Part shown: piece by piece, positions 33,388 through 42,709 of the stretch | Layout: every line of letters begins with the position of its first letter | Numbering within the stretch: position 1 is the stretch's first letter | Origin: Anaeromyxobacter sp. | GTDB taxonomy: Bacteria > Myxococcota > Myxococcia > Myxococcales > Anaeromyxobacteraceae | Direction of reading: 5' to 3' | NCBI GenBank assembly: GCA_049840735.1 | Contig: JASGJN010000002.1 | Coordinates: 160,001-224,000 of the forward strand | Length of the DNA: 64,000 bases | Notes under the pieces: generated by a model | What the model was told of the DNA's origin: nothing | The model's database searches: none | Seen by the model: only the letters and a program-made list of their open reading frames with translations | Translations under genes and position numbers: made by a program

Positions 33388-33951
33388 CTACTTCAGCTTC
33401 ACGTCCTTGAGCCCCGCCCAGCGCGGGTCCGGAACGTGTCGATTGCAGCCGCACTCGCGATCGTTGAGATTGGCGCCGCAGACGGCGCAGAGGCCCTTGC
33501 AGTCGTCCTTGCACACCGGGTAGCCCGGCAGCGCGAGGAGGAGCTGCTCCCTGACGAGCGGATCGAGGTCGATGACCTTGCCGCTGTAGACGTCCTCCTC
33601 CGCCTGCGCCGGCTCGAAGCTGCCGGCCACCACCCCCGTGTTGCCGTCCTTGTCGGCGTGGGGGGCGTCGTCGTACTCGTCCGAGGGCACCAGCGTCAAC
33701 TCGAACACGACGGGCAGGTCGACCGTCACCGGGGTGAGACAACGCCCACACTCGACGGTCAGCTGCGCCTCGCCGCGGAGCTTCACGCGGACGCGGCGCT
33801 CGATCTTCTCGAGCGTTGCCTCGAGATGCGCGGGGCCGCGGGCCTGGTAGCCGGCCTGGTCGCCCGCCACGAGCTCACCCAGCTGCTCGCGGGACAGATC
33901 CCAGGACCGGCGGAGGCCGTGCTCCTTGATTTCATCAATATTGACGCGCAT
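33388..33951 (-). CDS. yceD: YceD/DUF177 protein
   Basis: ECGRCL, CKDDCKGLCAVCG.NLN, DPRW; upstream of rpmF. Confidence 0.92.
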   Translation of the reverse strand: MRVNIDEIKEHGLRRSWDLSREQLGELVAGDQAGYQARGPAHLEATLEKIERRVRVKLRGEAQLTVECGRCLTPVTVDLPVVFELTLVPSDEYDDAPHADKDGNTGVVAGSFEPAQAEEDVYSGKVIDLDPLVREQLLLALPGYPVCKDDCKGLCAVCGANLNDRECGCNRHVPDPRWAGLKDVKLK

Positions 33952-33983
33952 TTATGCTACTTTCAGGGCGTAAAAAGGGCCTC

Positions 33984-34011
33984 ATTATAGGGGGGTCACC
34001 CCTCCAGTCAA
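33984..34011 (-). promoter_or_regulatory. sigma70 promoter of the yceD-rpmF-plsX-fab operon
   Basis: TTGACT-N16-TATAAT on minus strand. Confidence 0.8.
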
Positions 34012-34163
34012 GGCGCAGCGGGACATGCGGCGGACGGCCTGCCGCGACCGGGGAGGGACGAGACCACCTAACCCCAGGTCAACCCAGGTGCACGGTCACG
34101 GCTCGCCGCACCCCGCTCGCAGGGGCGCGGCGAGTTGCCCTGGCTCGAAGGCCTGCCGCTCGG

Positions 34164-34811
34164 TCAGGGCTTCACGAGACCGCGAGCCACGGCCAGCAGC
34201 GCCGCCTCGGCCTTCGTGGAGACGTCCATCTTCTCGTAGATGCGCTTCACGTAGGTCTGGACGGTGCCCTCCGCGATGCCCAGCGCCTGCGCCACGTCGG
34301 CGTAGGTGTGGCCGTGCACCAGGAGCTGCAGCACCTCCAGCTCACGCTTCGAGAGCGCCGGGCCGTCCTTGGCGCGCTGGTCCGGCGGGTCGCCCCGCAG
34401 CTCGGCGAGCAGCACCTTGGCCGCCCGGGGGCTGATGGGGGCCGCCTCGCCGGAGAGCACGTCCTCCACCGCCTTGGTGAGGTCGGCGGCGTGGAACGGC
34501 TTGAGGATGTAGCCCGAGGCGCCGGCCCGCATGGCCGCCAGCACGCGCGCCGGGATGTCCACGGCGGTGAGCGCGATGCAGGCGGTCTTGGGCAGCTCCT
34601 GGCGGATGGTGGCGATCACGTCCTCGCCGCTCATCTTCGGCAGGCCGAGGTCGACCAGCGCCACGTCCGGCCGCTCGCGGCGAGCCAGCGCGACCCCGTC
34701 CTCGCCGGTGGCCGCGGTCCCGCAGACCTCGAAGCCGTGGGAGGTGAGGACCTGCGCGATCAGGCGGGGGACCGCCTCATCGTCCTCGACAGCGATTGCC
34801 CGGATGGCCAT
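34164..34811 (-). CDS. NarL/LuxR-family response regulator
   Basis: REC (VEDD, DLGLP, KP) plus LSKRELEVLQL...IYEKM HTH. Confidence 0.92.
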   Translation of the reverse strand: MAIRAIAVEDDEAVPRLIAQVLTSHGFEVCGTAATGEDGVALARRERPDVALVDLGLPKMSGEDVIATIRQELPKTACIALTAVDIPARVLAAMRAGASGYILKPFHAADLTKAVEDVLSGEAAPISPRAAKVLLAELRGDPPDQRAKDGPALSKRELEVLQLLVHGHTYADVAQALGIAEGTVQTYVKRIYEKMDVSTKAEAALLAVARGLVKP

Positions 34812-35059
34812 GCCTTCCTCTGTGCGGGAATGCGCCGCACCTGACGAAAAAACCGTGTCATGAGTAGCAGCCCCGGACGGCGGGGGTCAAGGACAGGGTC
34901 CCACGCAGACGGGACGTCCCCTCCCCCTGGGCCCGCCCAGCCCACGCCGGCCCCCTCGGCGGACAGGCACGCAGCGTCGAATCGCACCCCCTGTGAACCG
35001 CCCGCCCTGCACTGGAGGGGCGTCCCGGCCGCGGGGCCGCTCCAGGCCCGCGAACCTGC

Positions 35060-35088
35060 TTGCGTTTGGGGGTGGGGTGCACTACATA
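35060..35088 (+). promoter_or_regulatory. sigma70-type promoter of tRNA-Arg
   Basis: TTGCGT-N17-TACATA followed by a GC-rich stretch. Confidence 0.55.
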
Positions 35089-35100
35089 CGGCCCCCGCGA

Positions 35101-35177
<77 letters not shown>

Positions 35178-35181
35178 ACTT

Positions 35182-35224
35182 GAAGGGCCGGCCTCCCACG
35201 CGGGAAGCCGGCCCTTCTCTTTTT
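35182..35224 (+). terminator. Rho-independent terminator after tRNA
   Basis: GAAGGGCCGGC...GCCGGCCCTTC stem followed by TCTTTTT. Confidence 0.9.
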
Positions 35225-35400
35225 GGCCTCCCCCCCCCCCGCCAAGGGCCACCCCGCCCCTGCACCGATGGTCCGGAGAGGGCCGGTTCTGTGGACACGC
35301 GCCCGACAACGCTGTGGAATGTAGGCGCCCTGGACCGGCGCCCGGCGCAGCCACCGACCTCGACCGGATGACTCCCGGGCAGAGGATTGGGGGACCACCG

Positions 35401-36035
35401 GTGACACGCATCCTGATCGTCGACGATCACGAGATTCATGCGGCGCGGCCTGCGGCAGGTGGTGGCCGAGGGCTTCCAGGACGCGGTGACCGGCGAGGCG
35501 GGAGACGCCGCCGCGGCCCTGGCCGCCATCGAGCGCGAGCCGTGGGACCTGGTGGTGCTCGACGTGAACCTGCCCGGCCGCAGCGGCATCGACCTGCTGG
35601 GCGACCTGCAGACCCGCTTCAAGGGGCTCCCGGTGCTGATGCTGAGCGCCTATCCGGAGGAGGACTTCGCCGTGCGCTGCATCCAGCGCGGCGCCTCCGG
35701 CTACCTCACCAAGACCAGCGCCTCGCAGGAGCTGGTGGCCGCGGTCCGCAAGGTGCTGGCCGGCGGCCGCTACGTGACCGCCTCGCTGGCGGAGCGGCTG
35801 GCCTCGGTCCTGGGCGGGCAGCTGGAGCCCGCCCCCGAGGACGCGCTCTCCGCGCGCGAGCTGCAGGTCCTCCGCGGCGTGGCCGCGGGCCGGACGCTCA
35901 AGGGAGATCGCCGCCGAGCTGGGGCTCTCGGAGAAGACGGTGGGGACCTACCGGGCCCGCCTCTCCAGCAAGCTCGGGCTCTCGACCAACGTCGAGCTCA
36001 CGCGCTACGCCATGCGGCGCGGGCTGGTGGACTGA
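35401..36035 (+). CDS. NarL/UvrY-like response regulator (1-nt insertions near 35435 and 35903)
   Basis: ILIVDDH, LDVNLPGRSG, LSARELQVL, corrected KEIAAELGLSEKTVGTYR. Confidence 0.88.
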
Positions 36036-36063
36036 GAGCGGACGCCGGACGCCGCGCCCTCCG

Positions 36064-36759
36064 CTAGAACCCCTTGATGCTGCACTTCTGGCGCAGCTCG
36101 GGCAGGCGCGCGGCCACGTAGAGCGCGCGCCCCTCCTCCTGCACCGGCGGGCCCTCGGGATAGGTCGTGCCCTGCGCGTCGCCGTACGCGTTGAGCCCGC
36201 GCGCCGCCAGCTCGCGGTCCACGCACTCGCGCGCCTGCGCCTCGGCGGCCTGGTCTGCGGTCTGCTGCTGCTGCTGCGCGCTGGTCGCGACCACCACCAC
36301 CTTGCCCTGCTCCGGCCCGATCACGCCGGTCCAGGAGGCGTCACCGCCGCGGATGGTGTTGGCGACGAACCGCGCCTCGTACCTGTACGTGCCCGGCTGC
36401 AGCTTCGGGCAGTAGGGGCGCGCGTCGACGACGGCCTTGGAGCGGCCGCCGGTCGGGAGCGAGACGCCCTGCCAGGGCTCCAAGTTGAGCGTGGTGGCGC
36501 GCGGCGACTTGCAGACGGGCTTCCCGCCCTCCTGCTCCGGGTAGATGGCCAGCTCCACGGTCTCCTGCGTCGGCCGGGCGATGGTCATGCGCCGCCCGCT
36601 GGCGTTGTAGATCGCCAGCTCGACCTCGAACGCGCCGCCCTCCGTCCACTCGACGTCCGGCGTCTCCAGGCGGATCAGCGCCCCGGGGCCGTGCGCGGTG
36701 GTGGCGCACCCGACGAACAAGGCCGCCGCGGCCAGCGTCCACGTGAAGCGTGCCGACAT
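36064..36759 (-). CDS. Hypothetical lipoprotein
   Basis: GGAG RBS, lipobox ALFVGC, GC3-biased codons. Confidence 0.7.
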   Translation of the reverse strand: MSARFTWTLAAAALFVGCATTAHGPGALIRLETPDVEWTEGGAFEVELAIYNASGRRMTIARPTQETVELAIYPEQEGGKPVCKSPRATTLNLEPWQGVSLPTGGRSKAVVDARPYCPKLQPGTYRYEARFVANTIRGGDASWTGVIGPEQGKVVVVATSAQQQQQTADQAAEAQARECVDRELAARGLNAYGDAQGTTYPEGPPVQEEGRALYVAARLPELRQKCSIKGF

Positions 36760-36858
36760 GTGCTCCTCCTGCGCGGCCCGAGCAGGGGACCGCCGCCCGC
36801 GCAGCATACCCAGGTGCCGGCGCGGCGCCACAGCGGAGTGCAGGGCGCGGCCGGGCGC

Positions 36859-37797
36859 CTACCCCGCGCCCGCCAGCGTGTCCTCGATCCGCGTGACGGT
36901 GGCGGCGTCCAGCCGCACGTCCGAGGCGCGGGCGTTGTCCTCCAGCTGCTCGGGGCGCGAGGCGCCCACGATGGCCGAGGACACCTCCGGCCGGCGCAGC
37001 ACCCAGGCCAGGGCGAGCTGCGGCATCGAGATCCCCAGCTCGGCGGCGATGGGCTTCAGCCGCTGCACCGCGGCCAGCACCTCGTCGTCCAGCCACCGCC
37101 CGATGAAGCCGCTCATCGCCTCGCTGGTGGCGCGCGAGCCGGGCGGCGGCGGCTGGCCGGGCAGGTACTTGCCCGCCAGCACCCCCTGCGCCAGCGGCGA
37201 CCAGACGATCTGGCCGATCCCCTCGCGCGCGCAGAGCGGGAAGACGTCGGTCTCCGGCTGGCGCCAGAGCAGCGAGTACTGCGGCTGGCTGGAGACGAAG
37301 CGCGCGCCGGGCAGCGCCAGCGCCGCCGCGATTCGCGGCGCCTTCCACTCGGAGAAGCCGATGTAGCGCGCCTTTCCCTGCCGGACCGCCTCCGTGAGCG
37401 CCGCCATGGTCTCCTCCAGCGGCGTCTCCGGATCGTACCGGTGGCACTGGTAGAGATCGACGTGGTCCACCCGCAGCCGCTGCAGCGAGGCGTCGAGCTG
37501 CTTGCGGATCTGCGCCGCCGAGAGCCCCTTGTCGCTGGGCGACATGGGGAAGAACAGCTTGGTGGCCAGCACGTAGCGATCGCGCGGCACCCCGCGCAGC
37601 GCCGCGCCCAGGAACGACTCGGCGGCGCCGTGCGCGTAGACGTTGGCGGTGTCGATGAGGTTGATGCCCAGGTCGAAGGCGCGCCGCAGGCAGGCCTCCG
37701 CCTGCTCCCGCTCCACCCCGCCGCCGTAGGTGAGCCACGAGCCCAGGCTCACCTCCGAGACCTCCAGGTCGCTCGCGCCCAGCTTCCGATACTTCAT
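36859..37797 (-). CDS. Aldo/keto reductase
   Basis: MKYRKLG, IDTANVY, DLYQCH, WSPLAQG. Confidence 0.93.
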   Translation of the reverse strand: MKYRKLGASDLEVSEVSLGSWLTYGGGVEREQAEACLRRAFDLGINLIDTANVYAHGAAESFLGAALRGVPRDRYVLATKLFFPMSPSDKGLSAAQIRKQLDASLQRLRVDHVDLYQCHRYDPETPLEETMAALTEAVRQGKARYIGFSEWKAPRIAAALALPGARFVSSQPQYSLLWRQPETDVFPLCAREGIGQIVWSPLAQGVLAGKYLPGQPPPPGSRATSEAMSGFIGRWLDDEVLAAVQRLKPIAAELGISMPQLALAWVLRRPEVSSAIVGASRPEQLEDNARASDVRLDAATVTRIEDTLAGAG

Positions 37798-37904
37798 GCG
37801 CCCTCCCCGACCGCCCTGCGGCCGCTGCCCTTCCATAGCCGGTTCCTGCGCGCCCTGCGCCCGACGCGCGCCGCCGGGGGGCTTCCCTTCGGCATCGACG
37901 AGAT

Positions 37905-37923
37905 GATAATGAGAGTCTGTTTC
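37905..37923 (+). promoter_or_regulatory. Fur box-like operator
   Basis: GATAATGAGAGTCTGTTTC, 14/19 to GATAATGATAATCATTATC, upstream of bfd/bfr. Confidence 0.7.
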
Positions 37924-37949
37924 ATGAGAACCCCAAACGGAGTCATTCC

Positions 37950-38171
37950 GTGCCCGAAACCCAGCTACCCTCCCCTCCCCCGCGGTTTGCGCTCACCTGC
38001 ACCGGCTGCGGTCAGTCGCTGGAGGCGCAGACGAAGGGATGGCTGGACGCTGCGGCGGCGCTGGCGAGCGGGCTCGGCTTCCAGCTCACCACCGCGCGGC
38101 TGGAGCTGTTCGGCTGCTGCGCCGCCTGCCGCCTGGCGGCCGCCTTTCCTGCGCAGGAGGGGCGCGCGTGA
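37950..38171 (+). CDS. Small protein resembling the Fur-family C-terminal dimerisation/Zn domain only
   Basis: LTCTGCG..LE...GFQLTTARLELFGCCAAC; GGAG RBS; stop overlaps bfd start (GTGA). Confidence 0.7.
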   Translation: MPETQLPSPPPRFALTCTGCGQSLEAQTKGWLDAAAALASGLGFQLTTARLELFGCCAACRLAAAFPAQEGRA

Positions 38172-38404
38172 AGATCTGCGTCTGCTTCAACGTGTCCGAC
38201 GGGTGGATCCGCGCGCAGGCGGAGGCGGGTCAGCCGCTCGAGACCGTGCTGCGCGAGTCGCGCGCGGGCTCCGCCTGCGGGACCTGCCGCACGGCCGTCG
38301 CCGAGGTCCACGCCGCCGCGCTGGAGGGAAGGCACGCCGCGCCGCCGCCTCCATGCCTGCGCGCCGCCTGCGCCTCGCGCGCCGCCCAGCGCAGCGCCGC
38401 CTGA
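38168..38404 (+). CDS. bfd: Bacterioferritin-associated [2Fe-2S] ferredoxin
   Basis: ICVCFNVSD...AGSACGTC; adjacent to bfr. Confidence 0.85.
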   Translation: MKICVCFNVSDGWIRAQAEAGQPLETVLRESRAGSACGTCRTAVAEVHAAALEGRHAAPPPPCLRAACASRAAQRSAA

Positions 38405-38517
38405 ACGCCCAAGGAGGGTGGCCGCTCCGCACGGGCCTGGCTTGGATCCGGGCCGCGGATGACGCTCTCCGGACGGACGCGGCCCCATCCCGGGAGCGCA
38501 CGCCGAGGGAGATCGGA

Positions 38518-38994
38518 ATGAAGGGTGACCCCCGGATCATCGACCTGCTGAACGAGGTCCTCACCAACGAGCTCACCGCCGTGAACCAGTACTTCCTGCA
38601 CGCGCGCATCTGCGACAACTGGGGGTACGAACGGCTGCACCACCGGTTCCGGGCGGAGTCGATCGACGAGATGAAGGACGCCGACCGGCTGATCGAGCGG
38701 GTCCTCTACCTGGAGGGGCTCCCCAACCTGCAGCGGCTCGGGAAGATCAACGTCGGCGAGAACGTCCCGGAGATGCTCCAGCTCGACCTGGCCGTCGAGG
38801 CGCAGGCCATCTCCACCCTCAACCGCGGCATCGCCCTCTGCCGCGAGGCGGGGGACAACGGCTCGGCCGAGCTGCTCGAGGACATCCTGGAGGGCGAGGA
38901 GGAGCACGCCAACTGGATCGAGGGCCAGCTGGCGGCCATCCAGCAGATGGGCGCCCCGGCCTGGCTCGCAGAGCAGCTCCACGGCGGGGGATGA
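38518..38994 (+). CDS. bfr: Bacterioferritin
   Basis: MKGD, ELTAVNQYFLH, ESIDEM, LEGLPNLQ, EEEH. Confidence 0.96.
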   Translation: MKGDPRIIDLLNEVLTNELTAVNQYFLHARICDNWGYERLHHRFRAESIDEMKDADRLIERVLYLEGLPNLQRLGKINVGENVPEMLQLDLAVEAQAISTLNRGIALCREAGDNGSAELLEDILEGEEEHANWIEGQLAAIQQMGAPAWLAEQLHGGG

Positions 38995-39071
38995 GCGGAC
39001 GAAATTCCGGGACCGCCGCCGGGCTCGGGGGTAGGCTCGGAAACGACGGATGCCTCGAGGAGCACGACACC

Positions 39072-39263
39072 ATGCCCGTGAGCAAGAAGCGCAAGAAGGA
39101 CGGAAAGCCGGTCCACCGCTCCGAGCCGGCGCACGCCGGACCGGAGCACGCGCACGGCCCGGAGACGGCCGCCGCCACGGCGGTCGAGCGCCCGGCGCAC
39201 GGCAAGCCGAGCAACCCCTTCGTCGCGCAGCAGACGCGCCGCGCCTCGCAGCGCGGCCGCTGA
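39072..39263 (+). CDS. Small basic hypothetical protein
   Basis: AGGAG RBS, MPVSKKRKK start, typical codon usage. Confidence 0.6.
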   Translation: MPVSKKRKKDGKPVHRSEPAHAGPEHAHGPETAAATAVERPAHGKPSNPFVAQQTRRASQRGR

Positions 39264-39547
39264 GCGTCGCCCGTCCCGCGGGCCGATCCGGGCGGCGGCC
39301 GCCGCCCTGGACCGTCTACGTCCTGCGCTGCGGCGACGGCACGCTCTACACCGGGGCCACCAACGATCTCGCCGCGCGCGTGAAGCGCCACGCGGCCGGC
39401 CGCGGCGCGCGCTACACGCGCTCGCGCCTGCCGGTCACGCTGGTCCACGCCGAGCCGGCGCGCGACCGGAGCGCCGCGCTCCGGCGCGAGGCGGCGCTCA
39501 AGCGGCTCACGCGCGCGGAGAAGCTGCGGCTCATCGGGAGGCGCTGA
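39260..39547 (+). CDS. GIY-YIG nuclease family protein (UPF0213-like); start uncertain
   Basis: VYVLRCGDGTLYTG.TND...GARYTR...ALRRE..LK. Confidence 0.88.
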   Translation: MSVARPAGRSGRRPPPWTVYVLRCGDGTLYTGATNDLAARVKRHAAGRGARYTRSRLPVTLVHAEPARDRSAALRREAALKRLTRAEKLRLIGRR

Positions 39548-40319
39548 ATGGACCTGGGGCTGGCGGGCAAGGTGGCGGTGGTGACCGGCGGGAGCCGCGG
39601 CATCGGCCGCGCCACGGCCGAGGCGCTGGCGCGGGAGGGCGCGCGCGTGGCGGTGGGCGCCCGCGGCCGCGCGGACCTGGACGCCGCGCTGGAGGCGCTG
39701 CGCGCCGCGGGGCCGGGGCCGCACCTGGCGGTGGAGGCGGACCTGCTCACGCCGGAGGGGATCGAGGCGCTGGTGGGCGGCGCCGCGGCGGCGCTGGGCG
39801 GCGTGGACGTGCTGGTCAACAACGTGGGCGGCTCCGGGGCGCGGACCTTCGCCGACGCCGGCGAGGACGACTTCCGCGCCGTGCTCGACAGGAACCTCTG
39901 GCCCGCGCTGCGCGCCAGCCAGCGCGCGCTCCCGGAGCTCCGGCGGCGCGGCGGCGGCGCCATCGTGATGGTGGCGTCGATTCTGGGGGCGCGAGGCCGG
40001 CGGCGGCCCCTCCTACAACGTGGCCAAGGCGGCCGAGATCAGCCTCGCCAAGGCCATGGCGCGCGAGCTGGCGCCGGACGGCGTGCGGGTCAACGCCGTC
40101 GCGCCCGGCTCCATCTGGTTCCCCGGCGGAGGCTGGGATCGCCGGCAGCGCGCCGACCCCGAGGGGATCGCCGCCTTCGTCCGGCGCGAGCTCCCCGCCG
40201 GGCGCTTCGGTCGCCCCGAGGAGGTGGCGGACGTGATCGCCTTCCTGGCCTCGCCCCGCGCCGCATGGGTCAACGGCGCGTGCTGGGTGGTGGACGGCGC
40301 GCAGTCGCGCGCGTTCTGA
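39548..40319 (+). CDS. SDR oxidoreductase (1-nt insertion at 39979-39983)
   Basis: TGGSRGIG, NNVG, corrected YNVAK, VNAVAPG. Confidence 0.9.
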
Positions 40320-40410
40320 CGGCCGCCGCCCCGGACGGCGATCATTCCCGGCCCTTCGGGGACCACCTCGCCCGCAGCCGTGTGCGCACCTTCTCCCGCG
40401 GGAGGGGACG

Positions 40411-41604
40411 ATGCCGGAGCGTGCGGACTTCAGCGCGAGGTGGATCGTGAAGCGGGCCGCCAAGGCGGCCGTGGCAGGGGCGCTCACCGCGGTGGGGCTC
40501 CACCACGCCGTGCGGGTGCTGCGGCGGCGCCAGGCGGGCGGCGCCCGGGTGCTGATCCTGTCCTACCACCGCGTCACCCCCGACTTCGCCGCCACCGCCC
40601 GGGAGAGCCTGGCCTCGCTGCTGGTCTCCACCGCCACGCTGCGGCGGCAGCTGGAGCACGTGGCCCGGCACCACGAGATCGTCTCGCTGGCCGAGGCGCG
40701 CCGGATCCTGGCCGAGCCGGCCGGCGCGCGGCGGCGCGACGTGGTGGCGGTGACGCTGGACGACGGCTACGCCGACGTGGCCGAGCACGCGCTGCCGGTG
40801 CTGGCCGCGCTGCGGGTCCCGGCCAGCGTCTTCGTGCCCACCGGCTACCTCGGCACCGATCGCCGGCTGCCCCACGACCGGCTCCACGCCACGCTCACCC
40901 TGCTCCAGCAGGGCGGCATCCCCTTCGAGCGCGCCGGGCTGCCGGCGCCGCTGCAGCCGCTGCTCACCGCCTGCGCCGAGGCCGGCCCGGCCGCCACCCT
41001 CGACCGGCTCATCTCGCGCCTGCCGCACGACCGGCTGGTGGCGCTGGCCACCGGCCTGGAGGCGCGGCTGGGGCGCAGCGAGCAGGACCTGCCGGCGCAC
41101 GGCCGGCTCATGCGCTGGGACGAGGTGCGCGCGCTCGACGCCGCCGGGCTGGACGTGGGCGGGCACACCGTGAACCACGCGGTGCTGGCCAACCTGCCGC
41201 TGGCCGAGGCGCGCCGCGAGCTGCAGGGCTGCCGCGACGACCTGGAGGCCCACCTCGGGAAGCGGCCGCACCACTTCGCCTACCCCAACGGCTACTACAC
41301 GCCGGCCGTGCAGGAGGCGGTCCGCCAGGCGGGGTTCGAGGCCGCCGTCACCATCGAGGACGAGGAGAACCGGCACGGCGCGGGGCCGCTGGGGCTCAAG
41401 CGGAAGGTGCTCTGGGAGAACACCACCCTGGGGCCGCTGGGCTGGAGCGGGTTCGTGGCCACCTGCAACCTGGGCGGCGTCTTCTCCACGCTGGGCCTGG
41501 CCCGCCCGGTGCCGGGCATCCGGCCCGACCCGGTCCCGGACGCCCTGGCGCTGGCCCCGGAGCCGGCCGCGCCCGGCGCCCCCGAGGAGCGGGCGGTCAG
41601 CTGA
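40411..41604 (+). CDS. Polysaccharide deacetylase (CE4/NodB-like)
   Basis: LSYHRV, TLDDGY, GHTVNH, FAYPNG. Confidence 0.9.
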   Translation: MPERADFSARWIVKRAAKAAVAGALTAVGLHHAVRVLRRRQAGGARVLILSYHRVTPDFAATARESLASLLVSTATLRRQLEHVARHHEIVSLAEARRILAEPAGARRRDVVAVTLDDGYADVAEHALPVLAALRVPASVFVPTGYLGTDRRLPHDRLHATLTLLQQGGIPFERAGLPAPLQPLLTACAEAGPAATLDRLISRLPHDRLVALATGLEARLGRSEQDLPAHGRLMRWDEVRALDAAGLDVGGHTVNHAVLANLPLAEARRELQGCRDDLEAHLGKRPHHFAYPNGYYTPAVQEAVRQAGFEAAVTIEDEENRHGAGPLGLKRKVLWENTTLGPLGWSGFVATCNLGGVFSTLGLARPVPGIRPDPVPDALALAPEPAAPGAPEERAVS

Positions 41605-42692
41605 TGCGCGTGGCGCTGGTGGGGAACTGGCCTCCGCCGCAGGGGGGCGTGGCGGTGCACGTGGCCGCCCTGGCGCGCAGCCTGCGCGCGCGCGGGGCCG
41701 ACGTGCGGGTGCTGGACCTGGGCGAGGGCGGCCACGCCGGCCCGGCGCTGGTGCCGGCGCGGGGGGCGCGCCGGCTCTCGCTGGCGCTGGCCGGGGTCGC
41801 CGCCGAGCGTCGGCTGGTCCACCTGCACACCAGCGGCGCCAACCTGCCCAGCTGGTGCGTGGCGCTGGCGGCCGGGCGGGCCCGCCGCCCGGGGGCGCCC
41901 CGCGGCGTGCTCACGCTCCACTCCGGCTCGTTGCCGGCGTGGCTGGCGGGCTCGCCGGCGCGGCGGCTGCTGGCGCGCGCCGCCTGCGCCGGCTTCGGCA
42001 CGGTGGTGGCGGTGAGCGAGGCCATCGCCGCGGCCCTCCGCGAGGCCGGCGTGCCGGCGGCGCGCCTCCGCGTGCTGGAGGCCTTCTCGCCGGCGCTGCT
42101 GGAGCCCCCGGCGCCGCCGCCGGGGCTGGCCGCGCTGCGGGCCGCCGCCGCGCCGCTGGTGGCCGCGGCGGTGCTGCCCGGCCCGGTCTACGGCCCCGAC
42201 CTGCTCCTGCCCGCCTTCGCGCGGCTGCGGGCGCGCCACCCGCAGGCTGTCCTGGCGGTGATGGGCCAGGGCAGCCAGGACCCGCCGTTCCGCGGCGCGC
42301 CCGGCGTGGCCGGCCTGGGCGAGCTCGCGCACGCGGCGGCGCTGGCCGTGCTGGCGGCGGCCGACGTCTTCGTGCGCGCCACCCGCGTGGATGGCGACGC
42401 CCTCACCGTGCGGGAGGCGCTGGCGCTGGGCTGCCGCGTGGTGGCGAGCGACGTGGGTCACCGGCCGGCCGGCTGCCTGCTCTTCCCGCCCGGGGACGCC
42501 GTCGCGCTGGGCGAGGCCCTGCTGCGGGCGGCGGCGCTGCGCCGGCCCGGGGTCGGCGGGGCCGCCTCCCCGGACACGTTCGAGGCCCTCTGGGACGTCT
42601 ACCGGGCCCACGCCGTGGGCCGCGCGCCCCCGCCGGCGCCGGCCCCGATCACCTCGCCCCTCCGCGGCGCTGGCCGCGCGGGGCGCGGGTGA
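41604..42692 (+). CDS. GT4-family glycosyltransferase
   Basis: PPPQGGV, ADVFVR..RVDGDALTVREALALG..VVASDVG. Confidence 0.85.
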   Translation: MRVALVGNWPPPQGGVAVHVAALARSLRARGADVRVLDLGEGGHAGPALVPARGARRLSLALAGVAAERRLVHLHTSGANLPSWCVALAAGRARRPGAPRGVLTLHSGSLPAWLAGSPARRLLARAACAGFGTVVAVSEAIAAALREAGVPAARLRVLEAFSPALLEPPAPPPGLAALRAAAAPLVAAAVLPGPVYGPDLLLPAFARLRARHPQAVLAVMGQGSQDPPFRGAPGVAGLGELAHAAALAVLAAADVFVRATRVDGDALTVREALALGCRVVASDVGHRPAGCLLFPPGDAVALGEALLRAAALRRPGVGGAASPDTFEALWDVYRAHAVGRAPPPAPAPITSPLRGAGRAGRG

Positions 42693-42709
42693 GAACCGTC
42701 CGGGCGAGC

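Noticed and set aside
39260..39547. GIY-YIG gene as homing endonuclease or defence system
   Set aside because: Small stand-alone UPF0213 type; no intron or defence neighbours
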